A stretch of DNA of 64,000 bases from an uncultured Lachnospiraceae bacterium. GTDB taxonomy: Bacteria > Bacillota > Clostridia > Lachnospirales > Lachnospiraceae. Of the stretch, positions 56,909 to 64,000 are shown piece after piece (within the stretch, counting starts at the first letter, position 1; every line of letters starts with the position of its first letter). Made by a program: the position numbers and the translations under genes. The notes beneath the pieces are model-generated. The model had not been told where the DNA came from and did no database searches. It saw only the letters and a list, made by a program, of their open reading frames with translations. The stretch is taken from positions 1,989 to 65,988 of the forward strand of contig CAOKOL010000013.1 of the NCBI GenBank assembly GCA_948470335.1, written 5' to 3'.

Positions 56909-57237
56909 TGGGTTATTGTTCAGGTGCCGCTATTCCGCTAGGTGTTTCATGCATGTAATGCATGAAATCCTGAGTTGTGTAAGCGCGAAATGATACGGAA
57001 TGCATCATTTCTGTGCATCGCGAAGCATGTTGCTGGTTACGAAGTGAACAGCAGCTTTATCGGGAAATCAGAGGAACGTTTGTTTTTCCCTGTCTTGCGG
57101 GATGGATAAAACTGTGTTATGATAACATAGATATACCTGCGGGCAAAGGCAGGTAAAAGATGTCTTTTAAGGAAAAAGCAGACCGTCTGGCGGATGTGTA
57201 TGCTTTCGGGGATCAATTCTGGAAGGATTTGAATCAT

Positions 57238-57852
57238 ATGTTTTCATATATAAAAGGGGAGCTGGCGGAGGCGCAGGCAGATTCGATTGTGGTGGAGGCC
57301 GCAGGAATCGGCTATGGCATTGCGGTTCCGGGCACTTTGCTGGACAGTCTGCCGCCGCTGGGAACCCAGGTAAAGGTATATACCCATCTGTATGTCAAGG
57401 ACGATCTGGTGGCGCTGTATGGGTTTTTCACCAGAGAAGATCTGCGGATCTTCCGTCTGCTGCTGGGGGTCAGCGGGATCGGACCGAAGGGAGCGTTGGG
57501 TATTTTATCGGCTATTTCTACGGATGAGCTGCGGTTTGCCGTGCTGTCCGGGGATGTAAAAAGCATTTCCCGTGCGCCGGGGATCGGGACGAAGACGGCC
57601 CAGCGGCTGATTATTGAATTGAAGGACAAGCTGGACATTCAGGAAGCCTTTGAGAGCAGGGCGGCCAGGACGACCGGCGGCGGTGTTGTAAAGCAGGCTG
57701 CCGGCGGGGATCAGAGAAGTGAGGCCGTTCAGGCGCTGGCGGCGCTGGGATACTCCCTCTCGGATGCTACAAGGGCGGTTCGGAAAGTGGAACATGGGAA
57801 AGAGATGTCAGCGGAGGATATTATAAAGGAAGCGCTGAAAAATCTGCTGTAA
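57238..57852 (+). CDS. ruvA: Holliday junction branch-migration protein RuvA
   Basis: MFSYIKGEL... canonical N-terminus and the GIGPKGALGILS helix-hairpin-helix. The ORF-track start at 57160 is probably too far upstream. Confidence 0.85.
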   Translation: MFSYIKGELAEAQADSIVVEAAGIGYGIAVPGTLLDSLPPLGTQVKVYTHLYVKDDLVALYGFFTREDLRIFRLLLGVSGIGPKGALGILSAISTDELRFAVLSGDVKSISRAPGIGTKTAQRLIIELKDKLDIQEAFESRAARTTGGGVVKQAAGGDQRSEAVQALAALGYSLSDATRAVRKVEHGKEMSAEDIIKEALKNLL

Positions 57853-57972
57853 TTGTCAAAGCTTCCAAACCGGGGCGGCATACGGGATGGCGGATCGTTA
57901 TAGAAGGGAAAGCAGGGCGCGGCAAATGTCCGGAAAACGGGTCTGGCGCTGATAAAAGGAAAGCGATAGAGT

Positions 57973-58974
57973 ATGGCATCAAGAATGATTACGACGGAAT
58001 TTACGGAAGAAGATGTTAAGATAGAGAGTCATCTGCGGCCCCAGCTTCTGGAAGACTACATCGGCCAGCAGAAAGCGAAGGAAATGCTGAAGGTGTATAT
58101 TGAGGCGGCGAAGGCCAGAGAAGAGGCGCTGGACCATGTGCTGTTTTACGGTCCTCCGGGACTGGGAAAAACCACGCTGGCAGGCATTATCGCCAATGAG
58201 ATGGGCACCCATTTAAAGATTACCTCAGGTCCGGCCATAGAAAAGCCGGGGGAGATGGCGGCAATTCTAAACGGTCTGCAGGAAGGGGATATCCTTTTTG
58301 TGGATGAGATTCACCGGCTGAACCGGCAGGTGGAAGAAGTGCTGTATCCGGCTATGGAAGACTACGCCATCGACATTATGATCGGAAAGGGGCCTACGGC
58401 CAGGTCGATTCGGCTGAACCTGCCTCATTTTACGCTGGTGGGCGCCACCACCAGGGCGGGGCTTCTGACGGCGCCTTTAAGAGACCGGTTCGGCGTGGTG
58501 CATCGGCTGGAGTTTTACTCGGAGGAGGAGCTGGCAGACATCGTGATCAGGTCTGCCGGAGTGCTGGAAGTGGAGATTGAAAAAGAGGGGGCGGAAGAGA
58601 TCGCAAGACGGTCCAGAGGGACGCCCAGGCTTGCCAATCGTTTCCTGAAACGGGTCAGGGACTTTGCCCAGGTGAAATTTGACGGCAGGATTTCCGGACA
58701 GGTGGCCACGGAGGCGCTGGATCTTTTGGATGTGGACAGGATGGGACTGGATTTCCATGACAGAAATATACTGCTTACAATGATCGAAAAGTTCTGCGGC
58801 AGGCCGGTGGGGCTGGATACGCTGGCTGCGGCGGTGGGCGAAGATGTGGGGACGCTGGAGGAAGTATATGAACCGTATCTGATCAAGAACGGGTTTTTGC
58901 AGCGGACCCCCAGAGGCAGGATTGCCACAGAACGGGCGTATCTGCATCTGGGGCTTAAGCCGCCTGAGGGATAA
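57973..58974 (+). CDS. ruvB: Holliday junction DNA helicase RuvB
   Basis: [20 protein letters not shown] and [18 protein letters not shown]. Confidence 0.95.
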   Translation: MASRMITTEFTEEDVKIESHLRPQLLEDYIGQQKAKEMLKVYIEAAKAREEALDHVLFYGPPGLGKTTLAGIIANEMGTHLKITSGPAIEKPGEMAAILNGLQEGDILFVDEIHRLNRQVEEVLYPAMEDYAIDIMIGKGPTARSIRLNLPHFTLVGATTRAGLLTAPLRDRFGVVHRLEFYSEEELADIVIRSAGVLEVEIEKEGAEEIARRSRGTPRLANRFLKRVRDFAQVKFDGRISGQVATEALDLLDVDRMGLDFHDRNILLTMIEKFCGRPVGLDTLAAAVGEDVGTLEEVYEPYLIKNGFLQRTPRGRIATERAYLHLGLKPPEG

Positions 58975-59096
58975 CACCGGACAGTCTGCTGTTCCGTGTT
59001 TGTAAAAATATGGAACGGGACAAAAAGTTTGAAAGTGAGTGATCAATTGACCCAGATGGTGCGGCAGGCCGCGTCAGGAGAGAGGAACGAACAGAT

Positions 59097-59609
59097 ATGA
59101 GCCAGGGAAAAAACAGCACGCAGGTGTACATAGCCGGCAAGGTTTATACGATAGAGGGTTATGAGGAGGAAGATTATCTCCAGAAAGTGGCCGCTTATAT
59201 CAATACCAGGATATCAGATTTAAAGCAGTCGGGAAATTTCCTGCGCCAGGGCGTGGATTTTTTTCATGTAATGGTGGAACTGAATATTACCGACGATTAT
59301 TTCAAGGTACGCCGTCATGCGAACCAGTTGGAGAAGAAGCTGGACGAACTGGAAAAAGAGCTTTACGGTTTGAAACATGACCTGGTGTCCGCCCAGATGA
59401 AGCTGGAAAAGCAGGAACAGGAGACGAGAGAATGGCAGAGCATCTCCGAGGAAATGGCAGACCAGGTGGAAGAGCTGAAGATAAAAGCAGGACTGGCCGG
59501 AAATGTGGTCCGGAGCCGGGAAACAGAAAAGGATGAGGCGGAGAACGGCGAAAAAGAAAGTACTGCCGTGGAAGAATATGAAAGCGAAAGTGGCAAAACA
59601 GAAGGGTGA
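59097..59609 (+). CDS. zapA: ZapA-like cell division protein with long coiled-coil tail
   Basis: VYIAGKVYTIEGYEEEDYLQKVAAYIN N-terminus followed by a heptad-rich, acidic C-terminus. Confidence 0.7.
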   Translation: MSQGKNSTQVYIAGKVYTIEGYEEEDYLQKVAAYINTRISDLKQSGNFLRQGVDFFHVMVELNITDDYFKVRRHANQLEKKLDELEKELYGLKHDLVSAQMKLEKQEQETREWQSISEEMADQVEELKIKAGLAGNVVRSRETEKDEAENGEKESTAVEEYESESGKTEG

Positions 59610-61816
59610 AAGAAACGATGGTGGAACTGTTAGCGCCGGCAGGCTCTTTTGACAGCGCAAAAGCGGCTGTCAGCGCAGGGGCCGATGCCGTATATATGGG
59701 CGGCGGCAGGTTCGGCGCCAGGGCATTTGCCGAGAGTGTGGAGGAGAACCGGACACTGGAGGCGCTGGACTATGTGCATTTTCATGGAAGGAAACTGTAT
59801 TTGACGGTGAATACCCTTGTGAAAGAGCGGGAGCTGGAGGAGCTTCCCGGATTTCTTGTGCCTTATCTGGAGCGGGGGCTGGACGGGGTGATTCTTCAGG
59901 ATTTTGGCGTGTGGCAGCGAATCCGGGACTGTTTTCCCGATCTGCCGGTTCATATCAGTACGCAGATGACGCTGACCGGTGCCGAGGGGGCCGGGTGGAT
60001 GGAGGCTCTTGGAGCTTCCAGAATTGTGCTGGCCAGAGAACTGTCCCTGGAAGAAATCAGGACGATTCGTGAAAGGGTTTCCATCGAAATGGAAGTCTTT
60101 GTACACGGCGCTGTCTGCTACTGTTATTCGGGCCAGTGTCTGATGAGCAGCATGATCGGCGGCAGAAGCGGCAACCGGGGCCGGTGCGCCCAGCCCTGCC
60201 GTCTGCCCTACGGGCTGGAACGTCCGGACCGGCAGTCGGACTCCCGGAAAAAAGGCTTCCTGCTGAATCTGAAAGATATGTGTACGGTGGAATCCCTCCC
60301 TCAGCTTGTGGAGGCCGGGATCAATTCCATGAAGATAGAAGGACGGATGAAAAGTCCTGTTTATACGGCAGGCGTGGTCAGCATATACAGAAAATATCTG
60401 GACCGCTGTCTGGAATACGGCGGGGAAGGATATGCCGTAGAGGGACAGGATCTGCGGATTTTATCGGAGCTGTTTGACCGGGGCGGTTTTACGGATTATC
60501 TTTGGAGACGGAACGGCCGGGAGATGATGGCGCTGACGGAGAAGCCCCGTTTTCGGCCGGTGGATCAAACTGTCATAAATGCCATAGAATTGCAATATCT
60601 CTCAAAGGAATTGAAACGAAAAGTTTACGGAATTGTAACACTTGAACAGGGAAAACCTGCTAAAATAGTTCTGGAATGTGACGGAATCCGCTGTCAGTGG
60701 GAGGGAGAAACCGTGGAGGCGGCAAAATCCCGGCCATTGACTGAGGAGGCGGTCAGAAAACAGATCCAAAAGACGGGAAACAGCGCGTTCTGTTTTGAAA
60801 AGCTGGATGTGCTGTCAGAGGAAGGCTGTTTTCTAAATGTGCAGGCGCTGAATGCGCTGAGAAGACAGGGGTTTGAACGGCTAAGACAGGAGCTGACCGG
60901 GAGAAACCGGCGAACCGTAAAGCAGACCGGCGGCCGGGCAGAACCGGAGACGGATACTGCCATGGAGCCTGCCGCCGCAGTGGTGCCTGCGGTCACGGTT
61001 CTTGTTCCGGATTTCCGTTCTGCCGTCTGGGTCATAGAAGAACCGGGAATCGACAGGGTGATTGTGGATGAGGGACAGCAGGATAAGCCGGAGCAGTTAA
61101 TGGAGCTGGCAGAGTTTGCCCACAGTCAGGGGAAAAAGCTGTTGTTCCGCCTGCCGCCGGTGCTTCGCAGCCGGGAGGCGGAAAAGTTGTGTGACTGCAG
61201 GAAGCTGCTGACAGGCAGCGGTCTGGACGGTCTGGTGCTTCGGACTGCCGATGAAGCCGGGCTGGTCTGCGGCGCCGGATGGGATATTCCGGTGGTCTTG
61301 GATCACTCCTTTTATACGTGGAACCGGCAGGCGCTGGTCTTTTTGAGAAAGGCTTTCGGCAGCCGCCTTTCCTATACCACACTGCCTCTGGAGCTGAACC
61401 AAAGAGAGCTGTCCGAGAGAGGCTGCCGGAGCAGCGAGCTGGTGGTCTACGGTTATGCGCCGCTGATGGTGACGGCCGGATGTGTGGGAAAGACCGCTGA
61501 AGTTTGCGATCACAGAGAGAAGCTTTTGTATCTGACGGACAGAAAGAAGAAACGTTTTCCGGTAAAAACCATGTGTAAAAACTGCTGTAACATGATTTAT
61601 AACGCGGAACCCTTATATCTGCTGGACCGGATGGACCAGGTAAACGGGCTGAAGCCGGCTTCTGTCAGGATGGAATTTACCATAGAAGACCGGCACAGAC
61701 AGCGGCAGTTGACACGTATTTTAAAAGAAGCGATGCAAACAGGCGGCGGAAAAGCCGATGCGCAGCCGGTGGACGGGACGTATACCAGAGGCCATTTCAG
61801 ACGGGGAGTAGATTGA
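59606..61816 (+). CDS. U32-family peptidase-like protein (736 aa)
   Basis: VELLAPAGS N-terminus, ELSLEEI..E.FVHGA.C...SG.C..S and the RSGNRG.C.Q.CR motif. The start may be the ATG at 59618. Confidence 0.85.
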   Translation: MKETMVELLAPAGSFDSAKAAVSAGADAVYMGGGRFGARAFAESVEENRTLEALDYVHFHGRKLYLTVNTLVKERELEELPGFLVPYLERGLDGVILQDFGVWQRIRDCFPDLPVHISTQMTLTGAEGAGWMEALGASRIVLARELSLEEIRTIRERVSIEMEVFVHGAVCYCYSGQCLMSSMIGGRSGNRGRCAQPCRLPYGLERPDRQSDSRKKGFLLNLKDMCTVESLPQLVEAGINSMKIEGRMKSPVYTAGVVSIYRKYLDRCLEYGGEGYAVEGQDLRILSELFDRGGFTDYLWRRNGREMMALTEKPRFRPVDQTVINAIELQYLSKELKRKVYGIVTLEQGKPAKIVLECDGIRCQWEGETVEAAKSRPLTEEAVRKQIQKTGNSAFCFEKLDVLSEEGCFLNVQALNALRRQGFERLRQELTGRNRRTVKQTGGRAEPETDTAMEPAAAVVPAVTVLVPDFRSAVWVIEEPGIDRVIVDEGQQDKPEQLMELAEFAHSQGKKLLFRLPPVLRSREAEKLCDCRKLLTGSGLDGLVLRTADEAGLVCGAGWDIPVVLDHSFYTWNRQALVFLRKAFGSRLSYTTLPLELNQRELSERGCRSSELVVYGYAPLMVTAGCVGKTAEVCDHREKLLYLTDRKKKRFPVKTMCKNCCNMIYNAEPLYLLDRMDQVNGLKPASVRMEFTIEDRHRQRQLTRILKEAMQTGGGKADAQPVDGTYTRGHFRRGVD

Positions 61817-61818
61817 CG

Positions 61819-63138
61819 ATGAATCATCTGATTGTGGAGCTGTCCAAATATTTATTGATTGTGATGATGATCTGTTATGTCTTCTGCAACTTTTATTACT
61901 TCAGCAAGAAGACGGAGCGGGGAAGAAACTATGTGGTGAATCTGCAGATATTTTTCATGCTGTTTATTCATTTTCTTGGGTTTCTGATTCTATATTTGAA
62001 TACGGAAAATCTGCTGATGCTGCTGTTCTATGCCATGCAGCTTGCCTTTTTTGTGGCTTATCTGTTTATTTATCCGGAGATTTACAGAAGGGCCAACAGG
62101 CAACTGGTGGTAAATTCGGCGCTTTTAATGGCGGTGGGGCTGATTATGCAGACCAGGCTGGAGGGGGAGCTGGCATTCCGTCAGTTGATTCTGATTCTGG
62201 TTGCGGCGGGAGCGTCCCTTCTGATTCCGCTGGTGATCAGCCATGGAAAACAGGTGCTGTACCGCTGTACCTGGCTGTACGGCGCAGCAGGCCTTCTGGC
62301 GCTGTGCGTGGTGTTTGTGGGCGGCGATGTGGAATACGGGGCAAAACTGTCGGTGAAGATCGGCGGTATCTCCATGCAGTTGTCAGAGTTTGTGAAGATC
62401 ACCTATGTGTTTTTTGTGGCGGGGATGCTGCAGAAAAGCCAGTCATTCGGAAGAGTCTTTCTGACCAGCGTGGTTGCGGCGGCTCATGTGCTTTTGCTGG
62501 TGCTCTCGAAAGACCTGGGAGCGGCGCTGATTTTTTATGTCGCTTATGTGCTGATTATTTACGTGGCTACGGAGAAGCTGCGTTATGTGACGGCCGGTGT
62601 GGGAATGGGTGTTTTTGCGTCTGTGGCGGCCTGGCAGTTGTTCGGTCATGTACAGGTCCGAGTGGCGGCTTGGCTGGACCCCTGGGCGGATATTACGGGC
62701 AGCGGCTGGCAGATCGCCCAGTCTCTGTTTGCCGTAGGCAGCGGAAAGTGGCTGGGCTCCGGTCTGTATCAGGGCATGCCCTATAAAATTCCGGTTCCCA
62801 GCAAAGATTTTATATTCTCCGCCATAGCGGAAGAAATGGGCGCGATCTTTGCCATCGGTATGATTCTGGTCTGTCTGGGCACGCTGATTTCTTTTCTGTG
62901 GATTTCCACCTGGATGAAACAGGTGTTTTTAAAAATCGTGGCATTCGGTCTGGCGGCCGTATATGGGGTTCAGGTATTTTTAAATATCGGAGGCGTATTA
63001 AAGCTGCTTCCCTCTACGGGAATTACGCTGCCTTTTGTCAGTTACGGCGGCAGTTCCGTGCTCAGCACATTTATCCTGTTCGGGGTGATGCAGGGCCTGT
63101 ATATCATGAAACAGAAAGAAGATGAAAAGGTTGAGTAG
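61819..63138 (+). CDS. FtsW/RodA/SpoVE-family peptidoglycan polymerase
   Basis: DLGAALIF, FSAIAEEMG and LPFVSYGGSS blocks. Confidence 0.85.
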   Translation: MNHLIVELSKYLLIVMMICYVFCNFYYFSKKTERGRNYVVNLQIFFMLFIHFLGFLILYLNTENLLMLLFYAMQLAFFVAYLFIYPEIYRRANRQLVVNSALLMAVGLIMQTRLEGELAFRQLILILVAAGASLLIPLVISHGKQVLYRCTWLYGAAGLLALCVVFVGGDVEYGAKLSVKIGGISMQLSEFVKITYVFFVAGMLQKSQSFGRVFLTSVVAAAHVLLLVLSKDLGAALIFYVAYVLIIYVATEKLRYVTAGVGMGVFASVAAWQLFGHVQVRVAAWLDPWADITGSGWQIAQSLFAVGSGKWLGSGLYQGMPYKIPVPSKDFIFSAIAEEMGAIFAIGMILVCLGTLISFLWISTWMKQVFLKIVAFGLAAVYGVQVFLNIGGVLKLLPSTGITLPFVSYGGSSVLSTFILFGVMQGLYIMKQKEDEKVE

Positions 63139-64000
63139 AAGCCGCAGCGGCAATTCAAATAAGAAAAAAAGGAATGTGGGGAAAAGGAAGTATGGCCGCA
63201 GCCCAAACAGGCAGATTCTGCATGCCACCTATCTGTTTGTGCTGATGTTCTGTGTTCTGATCGGATATTACGGATATTTTCTGGTGGCAAAAAGCGATGA
63301 AGTGGTGCATAACCCTTACAATGTGGCCCGTATCGAAAAAGAAGCCGAGCGGGTGATGCGGGGCAGCATTCTGTCCGAGCAGGGAGATGTGCTGGCCATG
63401 ACCCGGAGGGATGAAGAGGGAGAAGAAAGCAGATACTATCCGTATGGAAATCTGTTTGCCCACACGGTAGGGTATTCCACCAGAGGAACCACCGGCGTGG
63501 AGTCGGCGGCCAATGGGCATCTGGTTCATTGCAGCTCCACCGTACTGGATCAGATTTATAATGAACTGATGGGGCAGAAGAACGAGGGAGACAATGTGAT
63601 TGTTACCCTGGATCCGGAATTGCAGCAGATTCTGGATGAGGCCATGGAGGGTTATACCGGAGCGGCCGTTGTTCTGGAGCCTTCTACCGGAAAGGTGCTG
63701 GCGATGACGTCCACGCCGGATTTTGACCCGAATTTTATCAATGAGACTTATGAGGTCATTATCGCCGATGATTCCAACACGAACCTGCTGAATAAGGCGG
63801 CCCAGGGACTGTACTCTCCGGGTTCTACCTTTAAATTACTGACGCTGTTAGAGTATATCCGGGAACATCCGATTACCTGGGAAAATTTTTCCTATCAGTG
63901 TAATGGTTCCATCCGGGCCGGCGGCGTGGATGTGAGCTGCTCCGGCGGCACGGCCCATGGAACCGTGGATGCGAAACGGGCGCTGGAGCTGTCTTGCAAC
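63122..64000 (+). CDS. class B penicillin-binding protein (transpeptidase), 3' end beyond window
   Basis: Hand-translated; not in the ORF track because it is open at the window end. Basic N-terminus, a TM helix, a PBP dimerisation region, then the SPGSTFK active-site motif. The start overlaps the FtsW-family gene end. Confidence 0.8.
   Translation, partial: MKRLSRSRSGNSNKKKRNVGKRKYGRSPNRQILHATYLFVLMFCVLIGYYGYFLVAKSDEVVHNPYNVARIEKEAERVMRGSILSEQGDVLAMTRRDEEGEESRYYPYGNLFAHTVGYSTRGTTGVESAANGHLVHCSSTVLDQIYNELMGQKNEGDNVIVTLDPELQQILDEAMEGYTGAAVVLEPSTGKVLAMTSTPDFDPNFINETYEVIIADDSNTNLLNKAAQGLYSPGSTFKLLTLLEYIREHPITWENFSYQCNGSIRAGGVDVSCSGGTAHGTVDAKRALELSCN

Noticed and set aside
1-64000. Search for tRNA, rRNA and CRISPR arrays, and for known defence-system gene signatures
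   Set aside because: No T-arm/cloverleaf-like sequences, rRNA-like stretches or regularly spaced direct repeats were seen by eye. Outside 33427-42414, gene content is ordinary housekeeping and transport.

Overview
Chromosomal segment of a moderately GC-rich Firmicutes/Clostridia-type genome. Gene content looks Lachnospiraceae-like, but the taxon is inference only. All homology calls come from reading the translated ORFs by eye; no searches were run.

Most of the window is ordinary + strand housekeeping and transport DNA:
- a tungsten-type aldehyde:ferredoxin oxidoreductase (AOR) with a MoaD-like gene and a ferredoxin-Fe-alcohol dehydrogenase ORF;
- MATE exporters, fdhD, ygiQ, a pseudouridine synthase and recU;
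- an atypical his cluster (hisZ, lipoprotein, hisG, hisB, hisA-like, hisF-like::hisIE);
- an mglBAC sugar ABC operon;
- a five-gene peptide/nickel-type ABC operon followed by an amidohydrolase and a NUDIX hydrolase;
- cmk, ispH and rpsA;
- a methyltransferase followed by a siderophore/corrinoid-type ABC operon;
- ruvAB, zapA, a U32 peptidase, an FtsW/RodA-family gene and a PBP.

No rRNA, tRNA or CRISPR array was recognised.

The one clear accessory region is a roughly 9.0 kb lower-GC insertion (33427-42414). It cleanly splits a NitT/TauT-family ABC permease gene, and the two gene halves rejoin in frame when the insert is removed. The insert is bounded by a shared TTTA and by imperfect terminal inverted repeats of about 36-38 bp.

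The insert carries:
- a 626-aa large serine recombinase with an unusual C-terminal HTH-like tail;
- two diverged Rpn/PD-(D/E)XK paralogues, one a pseudogene, bracketing a panE-like gene;
- several truncated gene remnants;
- a PARG-like (TIGR02452-type) gene plus a GNAT gene at its right end.

I did not find a convincing new multi-gene defence system. The integrative element and its cargo are the best candidate for follow-up.
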